A DNA stretch of 64,000 nt from Candidatus Sulfomarinibacteraceae bacterium (GTDB lineage: Bacteria > Acidobacteriota > Thermoanaerobaculia > Thermoanaerobaculales > Sulfomarinibacteraceae), in NCBI GenBank assembly GCA_963796455.1, contig CAWCLO010000001.1:928001-992000 (forward strand), written 5' to 3'. The translations under genes were made by a program, and so were the position numbers. The notes below the pieces were generated by a model. That model was not told the DNA's origin. It ran no database searches and saw only the letters and a list, made by a program, of their open reading frames with translations. This document shows, piece after piece, positions 18,536 through 28,682 of the stretch; position 1 is the stretch's first letter; every line of letters begins with the position of its first letter.

Positions 18536-21451
18536 ATGAGACGACTCATCGCCATCTTCATTGGCAGTACCCTGCTCTGCTCCATTGCAGTCGCCCAGCA
18601 AACGCAGACGGGATCCATTTCGGGGACAGTGACGCTGCAAGACGGCGAACGGCTACCAGGGGTCATCGTGCAGGCCACCGCGGACATCCTGCCGAAGTCG
18701 CGGGCAACCGTGGCGGGCGCCAACGGGGAGTACAGGGTCCCGGCGTTGCCTCCCGGCAATTACGAGCTGACCTTCAGCCTGCACGGATTCGCCACCGAGA
18801 AGCGGAGCTTTCGGGTCCACCTCCAGCACAACGCCGTGATCAATGTCGAGATGAAGACGGCCCGGTTCGAGGAGGAGATCTTCATCATCGCCGAGACCCC
18901 GACCATCGACACCACCTCATCGGAGATCAAGGCCTCGATCTCCGACGACGTCATCAAGATGCTGCCGGTGGGACAGCAATACCGGGACCTGGTGAAGCTT
19001 ATTCCAGGCGTCCAGTACACCGAGGACACGACTCGCGGCCCCAGTGCCGGCGGCAGCGGCCAGGACAACGCCTACGAGTTCGATGGAGTGAGCGTGAACA
19101 AACCGCTCTTCGGAACCCTCTCGGCCCAACCCTCCTCGCACGACATCGAGGAGGTGACCGTCGTCAAGGGGGGCGCGAACGCCATCGGCTTCAACCGCAC
19201 CGGAGGTTTCCTGATCAACACCGTGAGCAAGTCCGGCAGCAACCAGTTCCGGGGTGAGCTGAGCTACCAGTTCCAGACCGACGGCATGACCGGCGCTCTC
19301 GACACCGAGAGCGAGGCCGCCTTCGACGAGGACCAGGACTGGCTGGTGGCCAACCTGGGAGGACCGCTGATCCCCGAGATGATGTACTTTTTCGTATCCT
19401 ACTACCGCCCCTCTACATCTCTGATGAATCGCTCCAACGCCTACGGAGAGGTACCGGACTCCGAGAGCATCCGGGACGAGTACTTCGCCAAGTTGTCCTT
19501 CAATCCCACCGACTCCATCATGCTGCACGGCAGCTATCGCCATTCCGAAAGAGACAATTCCGGATATGGCGTCTCGTGGGAGTACACGGCGGGCTCCTGC
19601 TCCTACGGGCAAGACGCCACTATGGGGATCACGGTCATCGAGGGGACCTGGGTCGTCAACGACAGAAGCTACCTCTCAATCAAATACTCCAATTTTAACG
19701 ACAGGTACATGGAGCGTCCGGACCTCCTCTTCGATTTCCCAATCGCCATCGACGGCAGCGTGCGTCTCGACGTGGAAAACCTCAACCAGCAAGGTCGGCT
19801 CTCCGTGCCGACACCGAGGGAGGGGGAGGGCGACTACAACGCGTTCATCGCCCCGCTCATCGAAAGGTACGGCTTTCTCCAGGACGGCATTCCCAGGGGC
19901 GGTGGCAATGTCGGCGGCGACTCCATCCTCTACAACCAGGATTTCTCCAATGAGAGCTTCCAGGCAGGGTATGACTTCATCCTTGACAAACACGACTTCC
20001 ACATCGGTTACCGGTGGTCTCTCGGTACGGAGGAAATCAACTCGACCTCGAACGGCTGGGGTCGGATCACCGTCCCCGGCGGTCGCCTGGTAACCGACGA
20101 CGGGGTACCGATTTTTTACCAGGCGCGCTTCTATGAGGCGAGCCTGGTGGACGAGGATGGACAGGTGATTCCCCCAATCCACTCCGAGATCGAGTCCCAG
20201 AGCATCGAGCTCAACGACGTCATCAGGCTGAAGGAGTGGACCATCAACCTGGGCATCATCTTTTCGAGCGACAAGCTCTACGGCCAGGGGCTGGGACCCA
20301 ACAGCAACAACGTCTCCGGTTTCGAGCTCGCCCCGGGTCACAAGTATCTGATGAAGGAGATCGGCTTCGACGAGATGATCCAGCCTCGGCTGGGTGCGAC
20401 GTGGAGTTCCAACGGCAAGGATTCCCTGTACGGGGCCTACGCCCGCTACTATCCGGCCGCGACCTCCCTGCCGCAGGCGGCATCCTGGGCACGAAACCTC
20501 AACAAAAGCATCCGGGCTTATTTCGACGCCGAGGGTAACCTCGTCAGTATTGACCGCCAGACTGGGGCCGCCTCCGGGAAGTGGTTTCAGGAGGGCATCA
20601 CGCCACGGTTCATCGACGAGTTTGTGGTCGGTTACGACAAGCAGATCTCGCGCACATGGACGGGTCGCATCCACGCCCGGCACCGCAAGGCCAAGAATTT
20701 CTGGGAGGACACGGAAAACGACGCCCGCCTGCTCTACGATCCGCCCGAGGAAATACCGCAGGAGCTCTACGTGCCCAACCTGGACGAGATCCAGGCTGAA
20801 ATCGGTGGCGGAAACTACGTCATCGCCCAGCTCGACGGCGCCTACACCAAGTACTACGAAATCAGCACCGAGGCCGAGTGGCGCGGCGCCAACGCCTATT
20901 TCCGCGGCTCCTACGTCTGGAGCCACTACTACGGCAATTTCGACCAGGACAACAGCACGGTATGGAACGACAACGACATCTACATTGGATCTTCGTTCAT
21001 CGCCGACGGCGGGGGCCGGCAGCTGTGGAACTTCCGCGAGGGCGACCTGCGCGGCGACCGGCGCCACATGCTCAAGCTCTACGGCTTCTACCAGCTTCCC
21101 TGGAACGGCACCATTGGCGCCTACGGCATCTACCAGTCGGGCCAGCCGTGGGAGGCCTGGGACTGGACGATCTATAGTGAGTACACCCCAGACACGAACG
21201 ACGTGAGTCACTACGCCGAACCTGCGGGCTCCCGCAGGACCGAGGCCCACTACCAGCTCGATCTCGCGTACACCCAGAACATCCCGTTCGGCAATCGGTT
21301 CAACTTCCGGGTTCGTGGTGAGGTATTCAACGTGACGGACAATCAGACGGGCTATGACATCCAAAACAGGAGGAATGGCGCAGGCTTCGGCGAGCCGAGG
21401 TCCTACTTCAAGCCCCGTCGTTTCCAAATAACGGTCGCTTTCCAGTTCTGA
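18536..21451 (+). CDS. Oar-like TonB-dependent receptor with carboxypeptidase-regulatory-like N-terminus
   Basis: GSISGTV...LPPGNYEL; INTVSKSGSNQFRG; QPRLG; C-terminal F. Confidence 0.9.
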   Translation: MRRLIAIFIGSTLLCSIAVAQQTQTGSISGTVTLQDGERLPGVIVQATADILPKSRATVAGANGEYRVPALPPGNYELTFSLHGFATEKRSFRVHLQHNAVINVEMKTARFEEEIFIIAETPTIDTTSSEIKASISDDVIKMLPVGQQYRDLVKLIPGVQYTEDTTRGPSAGGSGQDNAYEFDGVSVNKPLFGTLSAQPSSHDIEEVTVVKGGANAIGFNRTGGFLINTVSKSGSNQFRGELSYQFQTDGMTGALDTESEAAFDEDQDWLVANLGGPLIPEMMYFFVSYYRPSTSLMNRSNAYGEVPDSESIRDEYFAKLSFNPTDSIMLHGSYRHSERDNSGYGVSWEYTAGSCSYGQDATMGITVIEGTWVVNDRSYLSIKYSNFNDRYMERPDLLFDFPIAIDGSVRLDVENLNQQGRLSVPTPREGEGDYNAFIAPLIERYGFLQDGIPRGGGNVGGDSILYNQDFSNESFQAGYDFILDKHDFHIGYRWSLGTEEINSTSNGWGRITVPGGRLVTDDGVPIFYQARFYEASLVDEDGQVIPPIHSEIESQSIELNDVIRLKEWTINLGIIFSSDKLYGQGLGPNSNNVSGFELAPGHKYLMKEIGFDEMIQPRLGATWSSNGKDSLYGAYARYYPAATSLPQAASWARNLNKSIRAYFDAEGNLVSIDRQTGAASGKWFQEGITPRFIDEFVVGYDKQISRTWTGRIHARHRKAKNFWEDTENDARLLYDPPEEIPQELYVPNLDEIQAEIGGGNYVIAQLDGAYTKYYEISTEAEWRGANAYFRGSYVWSHYYGNFDQDNSTVWNDNDIYIGSSFIADGGGRQLWNFREGDLRGDRRHMLKLYGFYQLPWNGTIGAYGIYQSGQPWEAWDWTIYSEYTPDTNDVSHYAEPAGSRRTEAHYQLDLAYTQNIPFGNRFNFRVRGEVFNVTDNQTGYDIQNRRNGAGFGEPRSYFKPRRFQITVAFQF

Positions 21452-21544
21452 AAACGGCTGGCGGTATGTGTGCCGCCTTTGCGCGTTCAATGAGGCTTCA
21501 ACGGACAAAGGCAGGGCATGCCCCGCCACAACATTGGCGATCCG

Positions 21545-21581
21545 AAAAAAAAACGCCCGCCCTTCAAATCACGGGCGGGCG
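21545..21581 (-). terminator. Rho-independent terminator
   Basis: CGCCCGCCC/GGGCGGGCG stem with a 9-nt T-tract on the minus strand, downstream of the sulfatase-like gene. Confidence 0.75.
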
Positions 21582-21600
21582 GGAATTCCAAATCCGAATT

Positions 21601-22929
21601 CTATTGGATATACCCGAGGCTCTTTAGCTGCTTCAGGGTCTCCTCGTCGAGATCTTCTTCGGATCGGAGATTCGGATCGAGAGATGTGGCCGCGACCATC
21701 TTCTCCCACGCCTGGAGATGGCGGACCATTACGCCGAGCTTGTCGGCCTCGGTCTCGGCGAGATCATCGAGTTGCAATGGGTCGGCAATGAGGTCATAGA
21801 TACCGGCGTTCTCGCCTGCGGATTCGCTGAGAAGCCCCATTCCACCAAGAGCCACAAAACGTTGACCACCGGCCTGCGGCGATTCGGCAAAGGCGATGTA
21901 TGGCGGAGTACCGGAACCGTTGATGATCGGCAGCAGACTCGAACCCTGGGTGCCGCCAGGCGCCTGTCCGCCGGCAAGCTCGAGGAGGGTCGGCATCAGA
22001 TCGACAACCTCGGTGACCTTGGAAATGACCTTGGCGCCCTCGCCGCCCGGTAGGCGGATGAGGACCGGCACGTGGGTGACCGCGGTATCGAGGGTTTCAC
22101 CAAACAGACCGGCGTGCTCCTGAAGGGCGAAACCGTTGCTGCCGAGGACAACGAGCACGGCCCGCTGGTCGAGACCGAGTTCCCTGAAGGTGGCCATGAA
22201 CCCGACGAGCAACGAGTCGATGACCTGGATCCGGGCGGCGTACCACGAACTCACCCACTCGAGTTCCTCGTCGGTGAAGGAAAGCGGCGTATCGCCCGCT
22301 CTCGAGGCCATGACCTCTTGCACCCGCCCGCTCATCTCCGGGGCGCCATCACCCTCGAGGAGGGCGTTGACCTTTTCCAGCGCCGGTCTCGACCACCCAC
22401 CGAAGACGAGAAGGAAATTCTCGTTGGAGTGGTCGGCCATCCATGAAATGGCCTCGTCACCCGGTGTTGCGGTGATCTGGTAGCTATCGAATCCCTGCGC
22501 CAGGCCACGATCGCTGTCGGCTGGCGAGCCTTCCATAAAAGCAGCCGTCGAATAGCCCGCGGCACCCAGTATCTCGGCCAGGGTTCGCGCCCCATCTGCG
22601 AGGTATTCACCTGGTTGGCGGAGACCGTTGGCAGTCGGATAGAGGCCGCTGAAGAGGGTGGCGAGAGAGGGTTGGATATGGGGCGCCTGGGCAAAGGCCC
22701 ATTCAAATCGAATGGACTCGGCTGCCAATGCATCAAAGACCGGCGTCCTGGCGACCGCGCCATAGGCGCCGAGCGCATCCGCCCTCAGACCGTCGATGGC
22801 GAGAATGACGATTGGACGAGGACCTGTGATCACGCCTTCCCGTGCGGCGTCGTGATCACTTCTGACGCAAGAACCGAGCACGACGAAAGACACAGCGGCA
22901 ACCGCAAAAACACCGAGCGTACGTTTCAT
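21601..22929 (-). CDS. Sulfatase-like protein with degenerate catalytic motifs
   Basis: ILAIDGLRAD..G.YG, TPVFD, HVP, QLKSLGYI; lacks the CxPxR nucleophile and DHG. Confidence 0.85.
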   Translation of the reverse strand: MKRTLGVFAVAAVSFVVLGSCVRSDHDAAREGVITGPRPIVILAIDGLRADALGAYGAVARTPVFDALAAESIRFEWAFAQAPHIQPSLATLFSGLYPTANGLRQPGEYLADGARTLAEILGAAGYSTAAFMEGSPADSDRGLAQGFDSYQITATPGDEAISWMADHSNENFLLVFGGWSRPALEKVNALLEGDGAPEMSGRVQEVMASRAGDTPLSFTDEELEWVSSWYAARIQVIDSLLVGFMATFRELGLDQRAVLVVLGSNGFALQEHAGLFGETLDTAVTHVPVLIRLPGGEGAKVISKVTEVVDLMPTLLELAGGQAPGGTQGSSLLPIINGSGTPPYIAFAESPQAGGQRFVALGGMGLLSESAGENAGIYDLIADPLQLDDLAETEADKLGVMVRHLQAWEKMVAATSLDPNLRSEEDLDEETLKQLKSLGYIQ

Positions 22930-22969
22930 GATTTCGACACCCTCCTGCCGACCTTGGAGTTTATCACGA

Positions 22970-23096
22970 GGGAAAGAGAGAAAGGGAGAAAGGGAGAAAG
23001 GGGGAATCGCGAGAGCCCACCGATCCCGCATACCCAATTCCTCATTCCTCATTCCTCATTCCTCATTCCGAACTCCGAACTCCGAACTCCGAACTC
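22970..23096. repeat. GGGAGAAA array (left), then ATTCCTC and ACTCCGA arrays (right)
   Basis: Read directly; lies in a divergent intergenic region. Confidence 0.85.
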
Positions 23097-23147
23097 AAAA
23101 TGCGCTACCATACCGCCGGTCCGCTACACCCGATTTTGGAGTCCATC

Positions 23148-24371
23148 ATGCGTCGCTTATTCGCTTCGTTCGCCGTCGTCGCCGCACTCGTCGTTTTCGC
23201 CTCCTGCGCCGCCGAGGGGCCCAAAGAGCCCGCAGCCAAGCCCTTCGCCAATGGGCTCCTGCTCGGGCTGGCAGTTCTCGAGAGCGGTCCTTCGGGACCA
23301 GTGCCTCAGCCCGCACAGCTCGGCATTCTGACCTTTGACGGCACAAGCTGGAACTATCGATTTATCGAGGACGAGGACAGCAACGTCTTTCACAAGGGGA
23401 TGGCATTCCAGCCCACGGGCGGCGACGCAGGGATTCTCACTGCCGGCGGTTCCAGGGCGTTGATCAAACTCTGGCGCGGAGACGGTTCATCCGAAACCAT
23501 CTGGGAAAAGGATTTCGGAGGCAAATTCAGCCGGATGCGCGACATCGAGGTGGCCGACATCAATCATGACGGCCATACGGACATCGCCGTGGTGACCCAC
23601 GATCAGGGGGTCGTCGCGGTGCTCTTCGGCGACGGCAGCGGTGGCTTCTCGGTCACCGAACTGGACGCCGAGCCCAACACCTTTGTCCACGAAGTCGAAG
23701 TCGGCGACCTCGATGGCGATGGCGTGCTCGAGGTTTATGCGACACCGAGCCTGCCCAACAAAATGGACGGCACACCGCAGCCGGGTTTTGTGACCCGCTA
23801 CCTCCCCGGCGAGGCCGACAGCCGCACCGTGGTTGCCGATCTCGGCGACCGCCACGCCAAGGAGATCCTGGTCGAGGATGTGGACGGCGACGGCACGGAT
23901 GAGCTTTACGTCTCGGTGGAAGCGGTTGCAGGCGGTCGAGTCGAAATCCTCCGCTTTGACGAGGGCACCGATCCGACGGCCGGGATGTTGATCACCAGCC
24001 TCGACGACAATCTCACGCGATTCCTGACCGCTGGAGACATCGACGGTGACGGCATCAAGGAAATGGTTGCTGCCGCCAACAAGAGCGGTCTCTGGCTGCT
24101 CGAGCCCGGTGACGACCCACGCTCCGAGTGGTCGATCCAATCCATCGATCGAAACTCCGGTGGATTCGAGCACGCGGCCATTCTCACCGATCTCGATGGT
24201 GATGGCGTCGATGAGCTCTACGTGGCCAACGACGATGAGGGCGAGATCAACCGCTATGTCTGGATCGACGGCGAACCGACCCGCGAGCTGCTCTACACCC
24301 ACCCCGAGGGTCTATCGGGCTTCACCTGGAACATCATGCCGGTGCCCATCACGTTGATCCCAGCGGAGTAG
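23148..24371 (+). CDS. FG-GAP/VCBS repeat lipoprotein
   Basis: Lipobox FASC; repeated DxDGDGxxE motifs. Confidence 0.85.
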   Translation: MRRLFASFAVVAALVVFASCAAEGPKEPAAKPFANGLLLGLAVLESGPSGPVPQPAQLGILTFDGTSWNYRFIEDEDSNVFHKGMAFQPTGGDAGILTAGGSRALIKLWRGDGSSETIWEKDFGGKFSRMRDIEVADINHDGHTDIAVVTHDQGVVAVLFGDGSGGFSVTELDAEPNTFVHEVEVGDLDGDGVLEVYATPSLPNKMDGTPQPGFVTRYLPGEADSRTVVADLGDRHAKEILVEDVDGDGTDELYVSVEAVAGGRVEILRFDEGTDPTAGMLITSLDDNLTRFLTAGDIDGDGIKEMVAAANKSGLWLLEPGDDPRSEWSIQSIDRNSGGFEHAAILTDLDGDGVDELYVANDDEGEINRYVWIDGEPTRELLYTHPEGLSGFTWNIMPVPITLIPAE

Positions 24372-24378
24372 CGTCTGC

Positions 24379-24593
24379 GTTGTGCGGGCTTCTTGCCCGC
24401 ATAACGAATATCCCCCACCGCCCTTGTGGTGCGGCCGTCCCGGCCGCACATTCTTGCGGTTTATCCGGGTACCGTTGTGGTGCGGCCGTCCCGGCCGCAC
24501 ATTTTCGACCTCAGTGGAATCGTGCGGGCGAGACGCCCGCACCACAAAAACTCTCGCTACCCTTGGAAGCCCGGCGGGTCACCCGAACCACAA
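24379..24593. repeat. REP cluster left of the RAYT gene
   Basis: TTGTGGTGCGGCCGTCCCGGCCGCAC x2, an inverted GTGCGGGCGAGACGCCCGCACCACAA, and degenerate copies. Confidence 0.9.
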
Positions 24594-24603
24594 TCAGAAT
24601 GAA

Positions 24604-25227
24604 TCAATCATCACCCACACGATACCTTGCGCTTCCGAACGGCCAGTCTTGAGGCCGATCACAAAGTCCGGCCACCACCGGATTCCTCTCGGTGTAGACC
24701 ACGAATCTCTCGAAAGCCCGCTCGCCGCGAACGAGATGATCGAAGGTCTCTTCCTCCCAGATGCCTCCCTTTCTTTCCAGGGCTCTGTTGATCTCGTGTG
24801 CTGAAAACGACTTCCACGAGTGAAGAATCGTGGGCAGTGTGAATCCCGAAAACGGCGTCACCACGGCATGGACGTGGTTGGGCATAACGCACCAAGCACT
24901 GAGCGCGTAACGGTTCCCCTGAAAGTGCAACAGAGATCCTTCGACGACCGAAGCAACTCTCGGATCCCCCAGCAGACAACTGCCGGTAAAAGGCTCGGGG
25001 TCCAGTACAGACGCTATGAGGTCTGGGGTTTCATCGGCAACGATACGGCGTCTTCGAAGCACCTTTTGAGGGACCGCATCAAACAAATTGAATGTCACGA
25101 AATAGCTACAGCCGTCTTTGTAAAGGTGCGGCAGATTACCTCTCCATTGAGGCATTGTGTGGGGTTCGGACCGAGGATCGACAATCCTTTCCGGCACCAT
25201 CGGCGTCGATTTTTTGCGGTCGTTCAT
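24604..25227 (-). mobile_element. REP-associated tyrosine (HUH/Y1) transposase, RAYT
   Basis: LPH...YFVTF, VMPNHVH (HUH), WKSFSA, W...FDH, Y..RNPV.AGL...W..GS; flanked by REPs. Confidence 0.9.
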
Positions 25228-25265
25228 CGTCTGCCGATTGTCTCATCTCAACTGATTGACCGCCA

Positions 25266-25383
25266 TTGTGGTGCGGCCGTCCCGGCCGCACATTTTCGAC
25301 CTCAGTGGAATCGTGCGGGCGAGACGCCCGCACCACAACAACTTCGCTACCGTTGGAACGCGGGCGGGACGCCCGCACCACAA
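25266..25383. repeat. REP cluster right of the RAYT gene; direct repeat of 24475-24593
   Basis: 25266-25338 is identical to 24475-24547. Confidence 0.9.
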
Positions 25384-25390
25384 CGGGAGG

Positions 25391-28021
25391 TCAGCCCTCG
25401 TCCTCAGCCAGGGTCACAGTGATCGCAAAGCGTTCGTTTTCGTCTGCTTCGCCATCGGTCATCGTCAAACCACCCTCGGCGACATTGCCCGCCCGGCAGA
25501 CATCTTCGATCACCGGCTGTAAGGCGCTGCGGTCAGCTTCGGAGCCCATGATTTCCAGCGCCGCCACCGGCCAACGGAGGCTCTTCTGAGCGACTGTCTT
25601 GGCGCCGCGGATTGCGGTCATGACCGCAACTGCCGCATCGAAGGTGCTCTCAGCCTCGGGTTTTGCCACCGCCTGGAGTTCTGCGGTCACCGGCCACGGC
25701 GCGGTATGCACACTTTTGAATCGGTCCTCACTTGCAAAGCTCCAGGACCACACCTCTTCAGTAACAAACGGCAGGAAGGGGGCCAGCAGCCTCAGATAAG
25801 CGTTGAGACCCAGGCCGAGTGCCGCAAGGGCCGACCGGCGTCCCGGGGAATCCTCTTCGGAATAGGAGCGCAGCTTGACCAATTCGAGATAGTGGTCGCA
25901 GAACTGCCAGAAACTCTCCTCAACCACCTGCAGCACGGTGGCATAGTCAAAGGCCTCGAAGGATCGGGTGGCCTGGTCGATCACCTTGCGCAGACGATCG
26001 ATCAGGGCGAGATCAAGGGGCTCCACGATGTGCTCCGGTCCCGGAACCTCGCCGCCTGCGCCTTCGAGCTGCATGAGGACAAAACGACTGGCGTTGAACA
26101 CCTTCATCGCCAGCCTCTTGCCGACCTTGAAAACACCGGGATCAAAGGCGGTGTCGGTGCCGAGCCGGGCCCGGGCGGCCCAATACCGTACGGCGTCCGA
26201 AGACCACTCCACCAGCAGATCGTCCGGAGTGACCACGTTGCCCTTGGATTTCGACATCTTTTTGCGATCCGGATCGAGGATCCAACCCGAAAGGACCACG
26301 TGACGCCACGGGATCTCACCCTCGTGCATCCAGGCCTTGACGATGGTCGAAAAAGCCCAGGTCCGGATGATGTCGTGAGCCTGCGGCCGGATGTCCATCG
26401 GGAAGAGCTTGGCGTGGCGGTCGGGATCGATGCCCCAATGGCTCTGGATCTGCGGGGTCATGGACGAGGTCGCCCAGGTATCCATGACATCCGGCTCGGC
26501 CGAGAAGCCACCCGGCTGATCACGTTGGTCGGGCTGGAATCCCGGTGGGGTGTCGGTCAGTGGATCAACCGGCAGCGACGCCGGATCGGCATAGACCGGC
26601 CGCGCGAAGTCGGGTTCACCGTCATCGCCGACCTCGTACCAGACCGGAAAGGGCACTCCAAAATAACGTTGGCGGGAAATGCACCAATCCTGATTGAGCC
26701 CTTCCACCCAGTGCGTGTAGCGGGTCTTCATGTGGGCAGGGTGCCACTGGATCTTGTCGCCCTGGGCCAACAGCGCATCTTTGTGCACCATCGTCCGGAC
26801 GAACCACTGCCGGGTGGTCACGAACTCGAGCGGGCGGTCGCCCTTTTCGAAAAACTTGACGATCTGATCCGTCGGTTTCGGATCGCCGACCAGGGCCGTG
26901 CCCGACCAACCCGGCAGGCTCCCCTCCTCGGCAAGCAACTCGGCCACCCGCTTCTTGGCCTTGCTGATATACAGCCCGGCGATCTCGTCGTGCGACAGTT
27001 GTGCGAGCTCGACATCGACGCTTTCGAAGGGCGTCTCGCCAATGGTGGCGGGCAGCATTTTTCCGTCGCGGCCGATGAGCTGTTTGAGTGCCAGACCTGA
27101 TTGTTTCCACCACTCGACATCCATCGCGTCGCCAAAAGTGCAGACCATCAAGATGCCGGTCCCCTTGTCGGGATCAGCATGGTCGGCCGCGAGGATGGGG
27201 ACCCTCGCTCCATAAAGCGGTGTGATGGCGTACTTGCCGAAGAGCTCCTGATAGCGCTCGTCTTCAGGGTGGGCAACCACCGCGATGCAGGCACCGAGTA
27301 ACTCGGGCCGGGTGGTGGCGATCTGTAGTTCGCCACCGCCTTCGACACCGAATCGAAGATCGAAGAAGAGCCCCTGCCGGGGACGGTCTTCGACCTCCGC
27401 CTGGGCAACGGCGGTGTGGAAATCGATGTCCCACATGGTGGGGCTCTCGACGTTGTAGACCTCGCCCTTTTCCACCAGATCGAGAAAGCTCAGCTGTGAA
27501 ACCCGCCGACAGTGATCGTCGATCGTGGCGTATTGCTCCGACCAATCGAGCGACAGACCGAGATGACGCCAGAGATGCTCGAAGGCCTTCTCGTCCTCGG
27601 CGGTCACGATGCCGCAGGCCTCGATGAAGTTGCGCCGCGAGACTTCTTCGATCTCTTTGCGTTTGCCGCCCTTGGGGTCCGGCTTCCAGTCCGCGTCGTA
27701 CGGCAAATGGGGGTTACAACGGATGCCGAGCAGATTCTGGACCCGCCGTTCGGTGGGCAATCCGTTGTCATCCCACCCCATCGGGAATGCAATGTTTTTT
27801 CCCAACATCCGCTGGTAGCGGACCAACAGATCTTCGTGGGTGTATGAAAAAACATGACCGACGTGCAGGGAACCCGACACCGTCGGCGGTGGCGTATCCA
27901 CCACGAAGGTCTCCTCGCGAGGCCGCGAAGGATCCCACTTGTAGATCCCCCAGTCATCCCACTGCTGGCGCCACTTGTCCTCGATTTCGATGTGCTTGTA
28001 CTTCTTCGGAATCTCAGCCAC
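25391..28021 (-). CDS. valS: Valine--tRNA ligase (short, type 2)
   Basis: DTPPPTVSGSLHVGH, DWCISRQR, KMSKS; GTG start with GGAGG RBS. Confidence 0.95.
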   Translation of the reverse strand: MAEIPKKYKHIEIEDKWRQQWDDWGIYKWDPSRPREETFVVDTPPPTVSGSLHVGHVFSYTHEDLLVRYQRMLGKNIAFPMGWDDNGLPTERRVQNLLGIRCNPHLPYDADWKPDPKGGKRKEIEEVSRRNFIEACGIVTAEDEKAFEHLWRHLGLSLDWSEQYATIDDHCRRVSQLSFLDLVEKGEVYNVESPTMWDIDFHTAVAQAEVEDRPRQGLFFDLRFGVEGGGELQIATTRPELLGACIAVVAHPEDERYQELFGKYAITPLYGARVPILAADHADPDKGTGILMVCTFGDAMDVEWWKQSGLALKQLIGRDGKMLPATIGETPFESVDVELAQLSHDEIAGLYISKAKKRVAELLAEEGSLPGWSGTALVGDPKPTDQIVKFFEKGDRPLEFVTTRQWFVRTMVHKDALLAQGDKIQWHPAHMKTRYTHWVEGLNQDWCISRQRYFGVPFPVWYEVGDDGEPDFARPVYADPASLPVDPLTDTPPGFQPDQRDQPGGFSAEPDVMDTWATSSMTPQIQSHWGIDPDRHAKLFPMDIRPQAHDIIRTWAFSTIVKAWMHEGEIPWRHVVLSGWILDPDRKKMSKSKGNVVTPDDLLVEWSSDAVRYWAARARLGTDTAFDPGVFKVGKRLAMKVFNASRFVLMQLEGAGGEVPGPEHIVEPLDLALIDRLRKVIDQATRSFEAFDYATVLQVVEESFWQFCDHYLELVKLRSYSEEDSPGRRSALAALGLGLNAYLRLLAPFLPFVTEEVWSWSFASEDRFKSVHTAPWPVTAELQAVAKPEAESTFDAAVAVMTAIRGAKTVAQKSLRWPVAALEIMGSEADRSALQPVIEDVCRAGNVAEGGLTMTDGEADENERFAITVTLAEDEG

Positions 28022-28376
28022 GCTGTTCCTCCGCTCCGGCAAAGGCGAATTCGGCATCCTCGACGCGAAGACGATCACGGGTGATCCAGCCTCCGACCTG
28101 ACCGGGCTCACCGAGGACCGCCGCGATCACCGAGAAGTCGTCGCCAAAGAGATATTTCTTTTCGTCATTTTCGAACATTGCCGAATCCTTGATCCACACC
28201 ACCACTCGCCCATCGTCGAGCTTTGCGGCATCGAGGGCGTTGGGAAGAAAGACCCGGATATCGGAATCGTCGCCGCGGACGATCATGATCGTCGAACCAC
28301 CAAACTCGGGGGGCCCGCCGTGCAGCCACGCATCGAGATCAGCCCTGTTCGTAACATCAACCAGCCACGGTCCCAT
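28014..28376 (-). CDS. Hypothetical protein
   Basis: GGAG RBS; stop overlaps the valS start. Confidence 0.55.
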   Translation of the reverse strand: MGPWLVDVTNRADLDAWLHGGPPEFGGSTIMIVRGDDSDIRVFLPNALDAAKLDDGRVVVWIKDSAMFENDEKKYLFGDDFSVIAAVLGEPGQVGGWITRDRLRVEDAEFAFAGAEEQRG

Positions 28377-28446
28377 GTCCTGCTCTCCATTGTCGGGAAT
28401 CGTCGCGGAAACCAACCGCGACGTCGGCAGATGATAACACCCGGGA

Positions 28447-28479
28447 ATTTGGGATTTCGGATTTCGGATTTCGGATTTC
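28447..28479 (+). repeat. Heptamer array ATTTCGG
   Basis: Read directly from the sequence. Confidence 0.85.
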
Positions 28480-28682
28480 TGGAACTGCAAACGAAATAGA
28501 CGCCAAGAGTCCTGCATTCAATAATTTACCGGAGCTGACCCTCGAACCCTCGAAGCAGCGGGGAACGCGTCGTTTGGCAATGCCGGCAACGCCGCTCGCG
28601 TTGTCCCACACCCTCGGAGACTTTCCGTTTTCGAGGCGCCCTGCTTGACAATACCGAGCTTCTCCGTTCTCCTATGGGCCGC

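Noticed and set aside
19676..21529. 617-aa antisense ORF (and similar long ORFs at 13633-14934, 25706-27100, 39376-40659, 52921-54090)
   Set aside because: Shadow frames opposite well-supported genes in GC-rich DNA; no recognisable motifs.
28480..28670. T-box or ncRNA upstream of the valS unit
   Set aside because: No T-box consensus or convincing structure seen.
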